Source: Escherichia coli (GTDB lineage: Bacteria > Pseudomonadota > Gammaproteobacteria > Enterobacterales > Enterobacteriaceae). From it: a stretch of DNA of 64,000 nt. The position numbers and the translations under genes are program-made. This document shows, piece after piece, positions 8,374 to 20,377 of this stretch. A model generated the notes under the pieces. That model saw only the letters and a list, made by a program, of their open reading frames with translations, did no database searches and was not told the DNA's origin. The stretch lies in the NCBI RefSeq assembly GCF_046105845.1, contig NZ_CP151004.1; one strand, written 5' to 3'. Position 1 is the first letter of the stretch; each line of letters begins with the position of its first letter.

Positions 8374-10509
8374 ATGAAATCAATGAATATTGCCGCCAGT
8401 AGTGAACTGGTATCCCGACTTTCTACTCATCGCCGCGTGGTGGCGTTGGGAGATACTGATTTTACGGACGTCGCGGCAGTCGTCATTACCGCTGCGGATA
8501 GTCGCAGTGGCATTCTTGCGTTGCTTAAGCGCACCGGTTTTCATCTACCGGTGTTTTTGTATTCCGAACATGTTGTTGAATTACCTGCGGGCGTTACGGC
8601 GGTAATCAACGGCAACGAGCAGCAGTGGCTGGAGCTGGAATCCGCAGCCTGTCAGTATGAAGAGAATTTGCTGCCACCGTTTTATGACACGCTGACGCAG
8701 TACGTTGAGATGGGCAACAGCACCTTTGCTTGCCCTGGACATCAACATGGTGCGTTTTTTAAAAAGCATCCTGCCGGACGCCATTTTTACGATTTCTTTG
8801 GTGAGAACGTCTTTCGCGCCGATATGTGTAACGCTGACGTAAAATTGGGCGATCTGCTTATTCATGAAGGATCGGCGAAAGATGCGCAGAAATTCGCAGC
8901 CAAAGTCTTTCATGCCGATAAAACCTATTTTGTACTGAACGGCACATCGGCAGCGAATAAAGTGGTGACGAATGCGCTGTTAACGCGTGGCGATCTGGTG
9001 CTCTTCGACCGTAACAACCATAAGTCGAATCATCACGGCGCGCTGATTCAGGCGGGGGCGACGCCGGTCTATCTGGAAGCTTCACGTAACCCGTTTGGTT
9101 TCATTGGCGGTATTGATGCGCACTGTTTTAATGAAGAGTATCTGCGCCAGCAAATTCGCGACGTTGCGCCAGAAAAAGCTGAGTTGCCGCGCCCGTTTCG
9201 CCTGGCGATTATTCAGTTGGGAACCTATGACGGCACTGTCTATAACGCCCGTCAGGTGGTCGATACCGTTGGGCATCTGTGTGATTACATTCTGTTTGAT
9301 TCCGCATGGGTCGGTTACGAACAGTTTATCCCGATGATGGCGGATAGCTCGCCGCTGCTGTTAGAACTTAACGAAAACGATCCGGGGATCTTTGTGACTC
9401 AGTCGGTGCACAAACAGCAGGCGGGATTCTCACAGACGTCGCAGATCCATAAAAAAGATAACCATATCTGCGGACAGGTGCGTTTTTGCCCGCATAAGCG
9501 GTTGAATAATGCCTTTATGCTCCATGCTTCTACCAGCCCGTTCTATCCGTTGTTTGCCGCGCTGGACGTTAACGCCAAAATTCATGAAGGGGAGAGTGGG
9601 CGTCGGCTGTGGGCTGAGTGTGTAGAGTTGGGGATTGAGTCGCGCAAGGCGATTCTTGCGCGCTGTAAGCTGTTCCGCCCGTTTATCCCGCCCGTTGTTG
9701 ATGGCAAATTGTGGCAGGATTATCCGACATCAGTGTTAGCCAGCGACCGCCGTTTTTTCAGTTTTGAGCCGGGGGCGAAGTGGCACGGCTTTGAAGGATA
9801 TGCCGCGGATCAGTATTTTGTTGATCCGTGCAAGCTGTTACTCACTACACCAGGTATTAATGCCGAAACTGGCGAATATAGCGACTTTGGCGTTCCGGCG
9901 ACGATTCTGGCGCACTATCTGCGTGAGAACGGCATTGTGCCGGAGAAGTGCGATCTCAATTCCATTCTGTTCTTATTAACGCCGGCGGAAAGCCACGAGA
10001 AGCTGGCACAACTGGTGGCGATGCTGGCGCAATTTGAACAGCATATTGAGGATGACTCGCCGCTGGTTGAGGTGTTGCCGAGCGTTTATAACAAATATCC
10101 GGTGCGCTATCGCGACTACACCCTGCGCCAGTTGTGTCAGGAGATGCACGATCTGTATGTCAGTTTCGACGTCAAAGACCTACAAAAAGCGATGTTCCGC
10201 CAGCAGAGTTTCCCGTCAGTGGTGATGAACCCCCAGGACGCGCATAGCGCTTATATTCGCGGTGAAGTGGAGTTGGTGCGGATTCGTGATGCCGAAGGGC
10301 GAATTGCGGCAGAAGGGGCGTTGCCTTATCCACCAGGCGTGCTTTGCGTGGTGCCCGGGGAAGTCTGGGGTGGGGCGGTTCAACGTTATTTCCTTGCGCT
10401 GGAAGAAGGGGTGAATTTGTTGCCGGGATTTTCGCCGGAGCTGCAAGGTGTCTATAGCGAAACCGATGCAGATGGCATGAAACGATTGTACGGTTATGTG
10501 TTGAAGTAA
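8374..10509 (+). CDS. speC: Ornithine decarboxylase, constitutive (SpeC)
   Basis: 711-aa product from ATG 8374 (MKSMNIAASSEL...); track ORF begins upstream at 8290. Confidence 0.95.
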   Translation: MKSMNIAASSELVSRLSTHRRVVALGDTDFTDVAAVVITAADSRSGILALLKRTGFHLPVFLYSEHVVELPAGVTAVINGNEQQWLELESAACQYEENLLPPFYDTLTQYVEMGNSTFACPGHQHGAFFKKHPAGRHFYDFFGENVFRADMCNADVKLGDLLIHEGSAKDAQKFAAKVFHADKTYFVLNGTSAANKVVTNALLTRGDLVLFDRNNHKSNHHGALIQAGATPVYLEASRNPFGFIGGIDAHCFNEEYLRQQIRDVAPEKAELPRPFRLAIIQLGTYDGTVYNARQVVDTVGHLCDYILFDSAWVGYEQFIPMMADSSPLLLELNENDPGIFVTQSVHKQQAGFSQTSQIHKKDNHICGQVRFCPHKRLNNAFMLHASTSPFYPLFAALDVNAKIHEGESGRRLWAECVELGIESRKAILARCKLFRPFIPPVVDGKLWQDYPTSVLASDRRFFSFEPGAKWHGFEGYAADQYFVDPCKLLLTTPGINAETGEYSDFGVPATILAHYLRENGIVPEKCDLNSILFLLTPAESHEKLAQLVAMLAQFEQHIEDDSPLVEVLPSVYNKYPVRYRDYTLRQLCQEMHDLYVSFDVKDLQKAMFRQQSFPSVVMNPQDAHSAYIRGEVELVRIRDAEGRIAAEGALPYPPGVLCVVPGEVWGGAVQRYFLALEEGVNLLPGFSPELQGVYSETDADGMKRLYGYVLK

Positions 10510-10510
10510 G

Positions 10511-10549
10511 AAAAAAAAGGGTCACCTTCTGGCGACCCGTTTTTCTTTG
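10511..10549. terminator. Bidirectional rho-independent terminator between convergent speC and nupG
   Basis: A-run, hairpin GGGTCACC-TTCT-GGCGACCC, then T-run; readable as hairpin plus U-tract on both strands. Confidence 0.7.
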
Positions 10550-10554
10550 CGTAA

Positions 10555-11811
10555 TTAGTGGCTCACCGTCTGTGTGCCTGTCGGGACACGAACGTGTTTA
10601 TATTTGAACATCGCCATGAACGCGAAGGCCAGAACCACGGAGTAACCAGCGAAAATCAACCATACGGTCTGCCAGTCGGTAATGCCGTTTTGGGTGTACA
10701 TCTCAACAACTTTACCGCTCACGATGCCGCCAAGGATACAGCCGAAGCCGTTAGTCATCATCAGGAACATCCCCTGCGCACTGGCGCGAATTGCCGGGCT
10801 AACTTCTTTTTCGACAAACACCGAACCAGAGATGTTGAAGAAGTCGAATGCGCAACCGTAAACGATCATCGACAGTACCAGCAGCACGGTACCGAACGGA
10901 GTCGGGTCGCCGTAAGCAAACAGCGCAAAACGCAGGATCCACGCCACAATACTGATCATCATTACGTTCTTAATACCGTAGCGGCTTAAGAAGAACGGGA
11001 TAGTCAGAATGAACAGGGTTTCAGAGATCTGCGAAATCGACATGATGATTGACGCATGCTGCACAATAAAGCTGCTGGCAAACATCGGATCTTTGTCGAA
11101 GCTGTGCAGGAAGGTGTTACCGAACATGTTGGTAATCTGCAGTTCCGCGCCCAGCAGCATTGAGAAGATGAAGAAGATTGCCATACGCTTGTTTTTAAAC
11201 AGCGCGAATGCATCGAGGCCCAGCAGGGTTGTCCAGCTCTGATTCGCTTGCTGTTTAGCAACCGGAATATGCGGCAGAGTCAAGGTAAACAGAACCAGAA
11301 TGGCGGAAAGTGCTGCGCCAATATACAGCTGCATGTGGCTTAATTCGAAGCCAGACAGGCTCACCACCCACATTGCCATGATAAAGCCGATGGTGCCCCA
11401 GATACGGATTGGCGGGAAGTCAGTAACGATATCCATCCCGGCATTTTGCAGGCGATAGTAAGAGATGGTGTTGATTAACCCAAGCGTTGGCATATAAGCA
11501 AACGAGTTAATCAATATCACAAGGAACATCGCCTCCGGCGTCGTGACCTGGGCCGCCATGAACAGCGTGATAGCGCCAATGGTGTGGCAAATGGCATAGA
11601 CCCATTTCGCACTTAACCATTTGTCGGCCACAATCCCCAGCAGCGCTGGCATAAAGACCGCGGCGATACCCAGTGAACTATAAACTGCGCCGATAGAAGC
11701 ACCGTCAAACTTCAGGGTAACAAACATATAGGAGCCGAGGGTCGTCAGCCAACTTCCCCACAGACAGAACTGCAGAAAAGAGAGGATTTTCAGCTGCAGC
11801 TTAAGATTCAT
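10555..11811 (-). CDS. nupG: Nucleoside:H+ symporter NupG
   Basis: 418-aa MFS permease from MNLKLQLKILSF; track ORF extends 16 codons upstream. Confidence 0.93.
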   Translation of the reverse strand: MNLKLQLKILSFLQFCLWGSWLTTLGSYMFVTLKFDGASIGAVYSSLGIAAVFMPALLGIVADKWLSAKWVYAICHTIGAITLFMAAQVTTPEAMFLVILINSFAYMPTLGLINTISYYRLQNAGMDIVTDFPPIRIWGTIGFIMAMWVVSLSGFELSHMQLYIGAALSAILVLFTLTLPHIPVAKQQANQSWTTLLGLDAFALFKNKRMAIFFIFSMLLGAELQITNMFGNTFLHSFDKDPMFASSFIVQHASIIMSISQISETLFILTIPFFLSRYGIKNVMMISIVAWILRFALFAYGDPTPFGTVLLVLSMIVYGCAFDFFNISGSVFVEKEVSPAIRASAQGMFLMMTNGFGCILGGIVSGKVVEMYTQNGITDWQTVWLIFAGYSVVLAFAFMAMFKYKHVRVPTGTQTVSH

Positions 11812-11958
11812 GTTAATTTCCTCACATCGTGATGCGGATGAGTGTTTGAAAAAGCACATTTGACCGTGCGAGATGATGGGATTCTATCAACTTCGCGGAC
11901 TGGTTTTTTGTTACCTGTGGCAAATAATTGCAAACATTCCCAATTTGCAAAACGAAAT

Positions 11959-11974
11959 TGTGATGTGGATAACA
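11959..11974 (-). promoter_or_regulatory. Candidate CRP site upstream of nupG
   Basis: TGTGA-N6-TAACA, about 150 bp upstream of the nupG start. Confidence 0.3.
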
Positions 11975-12012
11975 TTTTTACCCCTGAGCATCGTCAGGGG
12001 CGGTTAGTGGAA

Positions 12013-13119
<1,107 letters not shown>

Positions 13120-13156
13120 TTATGCAAGTTGCCGGAGGCGTGCTCCGGCACTGTTT

Positions 13157-13435
<279 letters not shown>

Positions 13436-13459
13436 TCATCCTCTTTATCGACTCACGCG

Positions 13460-14512
13460 CTAAACCGGCGCGCCAGTGCGTAACTGCTGTAACAAACGCT
13501 CCACGGGAGCCGCCAGGCCAACTGACGGCGGTTGCGCTAAGTTATACCAGAGCGCATTGCCTTCATCCATGCAGCCGGTGAATGACGACACGGGAAGCCA
13601 CATAGGCACAATATCTAAGTGGAAATGGCTGAAGGTATGCCGAAACGCGGTCAGCTGCGTCAGGTTATCGGCAGAAATCTGTCGTTGCGCCAGCCACTGC
13701 CGCAAACTTTCTTCATCGGCAAACTGCGGGAAACAGTATAAACCGCCCCACAATCCGCTCGGCGGACGCTGCGCCAGCAATACTTCATCTTCGTGCTGTA
13801 ACAGCAAAAAGTAGCCGGTGCGCTCTGGCAGCGTCTGTTTCGGTTTTTTGCCCGGATAAAGCGACCAGCTATTGTTGGCGGCGGCAATACATCCGTTTTG
13901 TAGCGGACAGAGCGAACATTTCGGCTTAGAGCGCGTACAAATCATCGCGCCCAAATCCATCATCGCCTGATTAAACCGTTCCACGCCAACCGCGGGCGTC
14001 ACCTGCTCGCTCAAACTCCATAGTTTATTCTCGACCTCTTTTTTCCCAGGCCAGCCGCTTACAGCATAGCAGCGCGCCAGCACCCGTTTGACGTTACCGT
14101 CGAGAATCGGAAAGTGCTTACCCAGAGAAAGCGAGAGAATCGCGCCTGCGGTGGAACGCCCGACGCCCGGTAACGCCGCGACTTCTTCAAAGGTTTCCGG
14201 GAATTTACCGCCGTGTAAGGTCGCCACTTGTTGTGCCGCTTTATGCAGATTGCGCGCGCGGGCGTAATAGCCAAGCCCGGTCCACAAGTGGAGAACTTCG
14301 TCCAGCGGCGCATTGGCGAGATCGGTCACCGTTGGGAAGCGCGCCATAAAGCGTTCAAAATAGGGGATAACGGTCGCAACCTGAGTTTGTTGCAACATCA
14401 CTTCTGAGAGCCATACTTTGTAGGGCGTCTTGTCAATTTGCCAGGGCAGCGTTTTCCGCCCGTATTTATCGTACCAGTCCAGAGCCTGGGCTGAAAATTG
14501 CGACGCTTGCAT
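13460..14512 (-). CDS. mutY: Adenine DNA glycosylase MutY
   Basis: 350-aa product from MQASQFSAQ; [4Fe-4S] Cys cluster CxxxxxxCxxCxxxxxC near residue 190; track ORF extends 10 codons upstream. Confidence 0.93.
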   Translation of the reverse strand: MQASQFSAQALDWYDKYGRKTLPWQIDKTPYKVWLSEVMLQQTQVATVIPYFERFMARFPTVTDLANAPLDEVLHLWTGLGYYARARNLHKAAQQVATLHGGKFPETFEEVAALPGVGRSTAGAILSLSLGKHFPILDGNVKRVLARCYAVSGWPGKKEVENKLWSLSEQVTPAVGVERFNQAMMDLGAMICTRSKPKCSLCPLQNGCIAAANNSWSLYPGKKPKQTLPERTGYFLLLQHEDEVLLAQRPPSGLWGGLYCFPQFADEESLRQWLAQRQISADNLTQLTAFRHTFSHFHLDIVPMWLPVSSFTGCMDEGNALWYNLAQPPSVGLAAPVERLLQQLRTGAPV

Positions 14513-14672
14513 GGTCACCGAATTCACTGTTGTTGGGGGCAAGATTGCAGCACAGCGACGGCAGGGTGTAAACCGGAACTTTCCGCAGCCACGGCCTTAT
14601 CATGCTTGCATCCGGCAACTAACTTTGGATAATGCCCGTTTTCAGAACACTTTCACAAGCGACTAAATCTTT

Positions 14673-15392
14673 ATGAAAAACGACGTCATCTCACCGGAAT
14701 TTGATGAAAACGGCCGCCCGCTGCGCCGTATCCGTAGTTTTGTGCGCCGCCAGGGGCGACTGACCAAAGGCCAGGAACATGCGCTGGAAAACTACTGGCC
14801 GGTGATGGGCGTTGAGTTCAGCGAAGATATGCTGGATTTCCCTGCGCTTTTTGGCCGTGAAGCGCCGGTGACGCTTGAGATTGGTTTCGGCATGGGGGCG
14901 TCGCTGGTGGCAATGGCTAAAGATCGCCCCGAGCAGGACTTCCTCGGCATTGAAGTGCATTCACCGGGCGTTGGTGCGTGCCTGGCTTCTGCGCATGAAG
15001 AGGGCTTAAGCAACCTGCGCGTGATGTGTCACGATGCGGTTGAAGTGCTGCATAAAATGATTCCTGACAATTCATTGCGCATGGTGCAGCTCTTTTTCCC
15101 TGACCCGTGGCACAAAGCGCGCCATAATAAACGCCGTATCGTTCAGGTGCCGTTTGCCGAACTGGTAAAAAGCAAACTGCAACTGGGGGGCGTATTCCAT
15201 ATGGCGACCGACTGGGAACCTTATGCGGAACATATGCTTGAAGTGATGTCTTCTATTGACGGTTATAAAAACCTGTCAGAGAGCAATGATTACGTACCTC
15301 GTCCGGCATCACGTCCGGTGACGAAATTTGAACAACGTGGTCATCGTCTTGGTCACGGAGTATGGGACTTAATGTTCGAGAGGGTGAAATAA
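14673..15392 (+). CDS. trmB: tRNA (guanine-N7)-methyltransferase
   Basis: 239-aa ORF; stop overlaps yggL start (TAATG). Confidence 0.93.
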   Translation: MKNDVISPEFDENGRPLRRIRSFVRRQGRLTKGQEHALENYWPVMGVEFSEDMLDFPALFGREAPVTLEIGFGMGASLVAMAKDRPEQDFLGIEVHSPGVGACLASAHEEGLSNLRVMCHDAVEVLHKMIPDNSLRMVQLFFPDPWHKARHNKRRIVQVPFAELVKSKLQLGGVFHMATDWEPYAEHMLEVMSSIDGYKNLSESNDYVPRPASRPVTKFEQRGHRLGHGVWDLMFERVK

Positions 15393-15718
15393 TGGCAAAG
15401 AACCGTAGCCGTCGTCTGCGTAAAAAAATGCACATCGACGAATTCCAGGAATTAGGATTTTCGGTGGCATGGCGATTCCCGGAAGGTACATCGGAAGAAC
15501 AGATTGATAAAACCGTTGATGACTTTATTAACGAGGTTATCGAACCGAACAAACTGGCCTTTGACGGCAGCGGTTATCTGGCCTGGGAAGGTCTGATCTG
15601 CATGCAGGAAATCGGCAAATGCACCGAAGAACATCAGGCGATTGTGCGTAAGTGGCTGGAAGAGCGCAAACTGGGCGAGGTACGCACCAGCGAACTTTTC
15701 GACGTTTGGTGGGACTAA
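15392..15718 (+). CDS. yggL: DUF469 protein YggL
   Basis: 108-aa product from [12 protein letters not shown]. Confidence 0.9.
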   Translation: MAKNRSRRLRKKMHIDEFQELGFSVAWRFPEGTSEEQIDKTVDDFINEVIEPNKLAFDGSGYLAWEGLICMQEIGKCTEEHQAIVRKWLEERKLGEVRTSELFDVWWD

Positions 15719-15760
15719 GAAAGCATACGGGCGATGACAAAGTTAAAAAAAGCGCTCGGA

Positions 15761-15872
15761 TAGTCCCCTCGCCCCTCCGGGGAGAGGGTTAGGGTGAGGG
15801 GAACAGACCAGCACTGGCGCGATTATTTACCCTCACCCCGACCCTCTCCCTAAAAGGGCGAGGGGGAAAACC
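15761..15872. repeat. GC-rich composite palindromic intergenic repeat (two inverted copies of a ~40-bp motif)
   Basis: Left arm CCCCTCGCCCCTCCGGGGAGAGGGTTAGGGTGAGGG; reverse complement of right arm CCCCCTCGCCCTTTTAGGGAGAGGGTCGGGGTGAGGG; arms about 20 bp apart. Confidence 0.55.
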
Positions 15873-15954
15873 GTGCCCCTTTTGACTTTTAAGCCAGTTT
15901 GTTATCAATCTGGGGCCAGCAAATGCTGGCCTGATTTGTTCTTGAGGGAAGACT

Positions 15955-16674
15955 ATGATGCGCAAAATGCTGCTGGCGGCAGCACTTTCAGTGACGGCAA
16001 TGACCGCTCACGCCGACTACCAGTGCAGCGTCACGCCGCGTGACGATGTGATTGTCAGCCCGCAAACCGTGCAGGTGAAGGGCGAAAACGGCAATCTGGT
16101 GATCACGCCAGACGGCAACGTGATGTATAACGGTAAGCAATATTCCCTGAATGCCGCCCAGCGCGAGCAGGCGAAGGATTATCAGGCTGAACTGCGTAGC
16201 ACGCTGCCGTGGATTGATGAAGGTGCGAAAAGCCGCGTCGAGAAAGCCCGTATTGCGCTGGATAAAATTATCGTTCAGGAGATGGGCGAAAGCAGCAAAA
16301 TGCGCAGCCGTCTGACCAAACTTGATGCGCAGCTGAAAGAGCAGATGAACCGCATTATCGAAACGCGCAGCGATGGCCTGACGTTTCACTATAAAGCCAT
16401 TGATCAGGTTCGCGCCGAAGGCCAGCAATTAGTGAATCAGGCAATGGGCGGAATTTTACAGGACAGCATTAATGAAATGGGCGCGAAAGCGGTGCTGAAA
16501 AGCGGCGGTAACCCATTACAGAATGTGCTGGGAAGCCTGGGCGGTCTGCAATCCTCAATCCAAACCGAATGGAAAAAGCAGGAAAAAGATTTCCAACAGT
16601 TTGGCAAAGATGTTTGTAGCCGCGTTGTGACTCTGGAAGATAGCCGCAAAGCCCTGGTCGGGAATTTAAAATAA
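15955..16674 (+). CDS. yggN: DUF2884 periplasmic protein YggN
   Basis: 239-aa ORF with signal peptide. Confidence 0.88.
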   Translation: MMRKMLLAAALSVTAMTAHADYQCSVTPRDDVIVSPQTVQVKGENGNLVITPDGNVMYNGKQYSLNAAQREQAKDYQAELRSTLPWIDEGAKSRVEKARIALDKIIVQEMGESSKMRSRLTKLDAQLKEQMNRIIETRSDGLTFHYKAIDQVRAEGQQLVNQAMGGILQDSINEMGAKAVLKSGGNPLQNVLGSLGGLQSSIQTEWKKQEKDFQQFGKDVCSRVVTLEDSRKALVGNLK

Positions 16675-16688
16675 TCCTCTATTTTAAG

Positions 16689-16722
16689 ACGGCATAATAC
16701 TTTTTTATGCCGTTTAATTCTT
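16689..16722 (+). terminator. Rho-independent terminator after yggN
   Basis: Stem ACGGCATA/TATGCCGT followed by T-rich tract. Confidence 0.5.
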
Positions 16723-16849
16723 CGTTTTGTTACCTGCCTCTAACTTTGTAGATCTCCAAAATATATTCACGTTGTAAATTGTTTAACGTCAAATTTCCCA
16801 TACAAAGCTAAGGGATAATGCGTAGCGTTCACGTAACTGGAGGAATGAA

Positions 16850-17896
16850 ATGGAGTTTTTCAAAAAGACGGCACTTGCCGCACTGGTTATGGGTTTTAGT
16901 GGTGCAGCATTGGCATTACCCAATATCACCATTTTAGCAACCGGCGGGACCATTGCCGGTGGTGGTGACTCCGCAACCAAATCTAACTACACAGCGGGTA
17001 AAGTTGGCGTAGAAAATCTGGTTAATGCGGTGCCGCAACTGAAGGACATTGCGAACGTTAAAGGCGAGCAGGTAGTGAATATCGGCTCCCAGGACATGAA
17101 CGATAATGTCTGGCTGACACTGGCGAAAAAAATTAACACCGACTGCGATAAAACCGACGGCTTCGTCATTACCCACGGTACCGACACGATGGAAGAAACC
17201 GCTTACTTCCTCGACCTGACGGTGAAATGCGACAAACCGGTGGTGATGGTCGGCGCAATGCGCCCGTCCACGTCCATGAGCGCAGACGGTCCATTCAACC
17301 TGTATAACGCGGTAGTGACCGCAGCTGATAAAGCCTCCGCTAATCGTGGCGTGCTGGTGGTGATGAACGACACCGTACTGGACGGTCGCGATGTCACCAA
17401 AACCAACACCACCGACGTAGCGACCTTCAAGTCTGTTAACTACGGTCCTCTGGGATACATTCACAACGGTAAGATTGACTACCAACGTACCCCGGCACGT
17501 AAGCACACCAGCGATACGCCGTTCGATATCTCTAAGCTGAATGAGCTGCCGAAAGTCGGCATCGTTTATAACTACGCTAACGCATCCGATCTTCCGGCTA
17601 AAGCACTGGTAGATGCGGGCTATGATGGCATCGTTAGCGCTGGTGTGGGTAATGGTAACCTGTATAAATCCGTGTTCGACACCCTTGCAACCGCCGCGAA
17701 AAACGGCACTGCAGTCGTGCGTTCTTCCCGCGTACCGACGGGCGCTACCACTCAGGATGCCGAAGTGGATGATGCGAAATATGGCTTCGTGGCCTCTGGC
17801 ACGCTGAACCCGCAAAAAGCGCGCGTTCTGCTGCAACTGGCTCTGACGCAAACCAAAGATCCGCAGCAGATCCAGCAGATCTTCAATCAGTACTAA
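16850..17896 (+). CDS. ansB: Periplasmic L-asparaginase II
   Basis: 348-aa ORF with signal peptide; asparaginase motifs (TGGTIAG, HGTDTMEET). Confidence 0.95.
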   Translation: MEFFKKTALAALVMGFSGAALALPNITILATGGTIAGGGDSATKSNYTAGKVGVENLVNAVPQLKDIANVKGEQVVNIGSQDMNDNVWLTLAKKINTDCDKTDGFVITHGTDTMEETAYFLDLTVKCDKPVVMVGAMRPSTSMSADGPFNLYNAVVTAADKASANRGVLVVMNDTVLDGRDVTKTNTTDVATFKSVNYGPLGYIHNGKIDYQRTPARKHTSDTPFDISKLNELPKVGIVYNYANASDLPAKALVDAGYDGIVSAGVGNGNLYKSVFDTLATAAKNGTAVVRSSRVPTGATTQDAEVDDAKYGFVASGTLNPQKARVLLQLALTQTKDPQQIQQIFNQY

Positions 17897-17903
17897 TCAC
17901 CTC

Positions 17904-17929
17904 GCCCCGGTAACGTGCCGGGGCTTTTT
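17904..17929 (+). terminator. Rho-independent terminator of ansB
   Basis: GCCCCGG-TAACGTG-CCGGGGC followed by TTTTT. Confidence 0.7.
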
Positions 17930-18012
17930 CACTTCAGACTTACGTCCATTGCCAATTTTCATTACCCTGATGATAATCACTGGAATAAATTATTCCGCGA
18001 GAGGGTTTTCGG

Positions 18013-19020
18013 GTGAAAAAGCAATGGATTGTTGGCACGGCGCTGCTTATGTTGATGACTGGTAATGTCTGGGCAGATGGCGAACCGCCAACTGAAAATA
18101 TCTTAAAAGATCAATTCAAAAAGCAGTATCACGGCATTCTCAAGCTTGATGCTATCACCTTAAAAAATCTTGATGCTAAGGGTAATCAGGCCACCTGGTC
18201 AGCGGAAGGCGATGTCTCTTCCAGTGACGATCTCTATACCTGGGTCGGTCAGTTGGCAGATTACGAACTGCTCGAACAGACCTGGACGAAAGATAAACCG
18301 GTAAAATTCTCGGCGATGTTAACCAGTAAAGGAACGCCCGCGTCTGGCTGGTCGGTGAACTTTTACTCTTTTCAGGCGGCAGCCAGCGATCGTGGACGGG
18401 TGGTCGACGATATCAAAACGAATAATAAATATCTGATCGTGAATAGCGAAGATTTCAATTATCGCTTTAGTCAGCTTGAGACTGCGTTGAATACCCAGAA
18501 GAACTCGATTCCTGCGCTGGAAAAGGAAGTGAAAGCGCTTGATAAGCAAATGGTGGCGGCGCAGAAAGCAGCGGATGCATATTGGGGAAAAGATGCAAAC
18601 GGTAAGCAAATGACCCGCGAAGACGCATTTAAAAAAATTCACCAACAGCGTGATGAGTTTAATAAACAGAACGATAGCGAGGCGTTCGCGATTAAATATG
18701 ACAAAGAGGTTTATCAACCGGCGATTGCGGCATGTCATAAACAGAGTGCAGAGTGTTATGAAGTGCCGATTCAGCAGAAGCGAGAATTCGATATCAACGA
18801 ACAACGGCGACAGACTTTTCTGCAATCACAAAAAATTAGCCGTAAATTGCAGGATGACTGGATAACGCTCGAAAAAGGGCAATATCCGTTAACGATGAAA
18901 GTTTCAGAAATAAACAGTAAAAAAGTCGCGATTTTGATGAAAATTGACGATATCAATCAGGCTAATGAACGCTGGAAAAAAGATACCGAACAATTGCGGC
19001 GCAATGGAGTGATTAAGTAA
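18013..19020 (+). CDS. yggM: DUF1202 periplasmic protein YggM
   Basis: 335-aa ORF, GTG start, signal peptide. Confidence 0.88.
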   Translation: MKKQWIVGTALLMLMTGNVWADGEPPTENILKDQFKKQYHGILKLDAITLKNLDAKGNQATWSAEGDVSSSDDLYTWVGQLADYELLEQTWTKDKPVKFSAMLTSKGTPASGWSVNFYSFQAAASDRGRVVDDIKTNNKYLIVNSEDFNYRFSQLETALNTQKNSIPALEKEVKALDKQMVAAQKAADAYWGKDANGKQMTREDAFKKIHQQRDEFNKQNDSEAFAIKYDKEVYQPAIAACHKQSAECYEVPIQQKREFDINEQRRQTFLQSQKISRKLQDDWITLEKGQYPLTMKVSEINSKKVAILMKIDDINQANERWKKDTEQLRRNGVIK

Positions 19021-19035
19021 CTCATGTTAAGTGCC

Positions 19036-19078
19036 TTTGCCGGATAATATAAAAAGTTATCCGGCAAATTATTTTTTA
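19036..19078 (+). terminator. Rho-independent terminator after yggM
   Basis: 12-bp stem TTTGCCGGATAA/TTATCCGGCAAA, 9-nt loop, then TTATTTTTT; the T-tract overlaps the stop codon of the convergent TRAP large-permease gene. Confidence 0.75.
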
Positions 19079-20377
19079 CATTAGCCCTAGTAGCTGTGGA
19101 ATGAACAAGGATATTTGCGGGATGTAAGTGATCATCATCAACGCGATTAACAATGCGGCATAAAATGGCAGCAATGGTTTGATCAAATGTTGAATCTTCA
19201 CACCTGAAATAGAACAACCAACAAATAGCGCACTACCCACCGGCGGTGTTAACAGCCCAATACAAAGGTTGGCCACCATCATAATACCGAAATGTACCGG
19301 ATCCATTCCCAGCTCTTGTGCAATCGGCAAGAAGATTGGTGTGAAGATTAGTACAGCCGGTGTCATGTCCATAAAGATGCCGACAATTAATAAGACGATA
19401 TTAATCAGCAGCAATATGACCAGTGGGTTATCAGAAATCCCCATCAACGCGTCGCTGATCATATAAGGAATATCAGCATTGGTCATTGCCCAGGACATGC
19501 CCACGGAAAAACCGATCAACAGTAATACAATCGAAGTGGTAACAACCGATTCCAGAATCAGTTTGGGTAAATCGCGCCATTTTACTTCCCGGTAAATCAG
19601 CACCGAGAGGATAAATGTGTAGACAACGGCAATTGCTGACGCTTCAGTTGCGGTAAAAATGCCGCCCAGAATGCCGCCCATTACAATGAACACCAGAAGC
19701 AAACTTGGTAAGGCATCCAGAAACGCTTTACATGCCTGAGCAAAGGTTGCTCTTTCTGAAAGTGGGTAGCCACGGCGTTTAGCAATAATGCCGCAGACTA
19801 TCATTACCGCGAGACCCATTAAGATCCCTGGCAAATATCCCGCCATAAATAGCGATGCTACAGAAACGCCGCCAGCTGTCAGGGAAAACACAATTAACAC
19901 GTTTGAGGGCGGTATCAGTAATCCAGTAATACAAGATGAGACGTTTACAGCGGTAGAAAATGCCGGATCATAACCTTCTTTGGTCTGAATGGGATTCAGT
20001 GTGCCACCAACGGCAGCAGCTGCCGCAACAGCTGAACCAGAAATGGAACCAAACATCATATTCGCCAGGACGTTCACATGACCAAGCGAACCAGGAACGC
20101 GGCCAACCATTACCTGGGCGAGGTTAATCAAACGTATCGCAATACCGCCGCTGTTCATCAGCGTTCCGGCAAAGATGAAAAAGGGGATTGCTAATAGGGC
20201 AAAGTTATCCAGTCCATTAGCCAGTCGCTGCGAAACAGTGATTGCCGCGATATCCTAGGGAAACATCAACAGCATTGAAGCTACAGTGGCAATACCGATT
20301 GAGAACGAAATGGGCACACCAATAAAGACCAGCACAAAAAAACAGCCAAACAGTGTAAGCGCGATATAACTATCCAT
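19076..20377 (-). pseudogene. TRAP transporter large permease (DctM family), interrupted by an in-frame TAG at codon 41
   Basis: ATG near 20377 directly after the small-permease stop; translation reads MDSYIALTLFGCFFVLVFIGVPISFSIGIATVASMLLMFP-stop-DIAAITVSQRL..., and the track's 360-aa ORF (19076..20158) restarts at internal Met 74 in the same frame. Confidence 0.8.

Noticed and set aside
11983-12002. CCCCTGA-GCATCG-TCAGGGG hairpin after mltC as a terminator
   Set aside because: No U-tract follows it on either strand.
15761-15872. Possible CRISPR array
   Set aside because: Only one pair of inverted arms, with no repeat-spacer periodicity and no cas genes anywhere in the window.
20158-20160. 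Treating the 360-aa Met-initiated ORF (19076..20158) as an intact large permease
   Set aside because: The same frame continues upstream for 73 more codons of DctM-like sequence to an ATG abutting the dctQ stop, interrupted only by one TAG; the 360-aa ORF is the downstream fragment of a disrupted gene.
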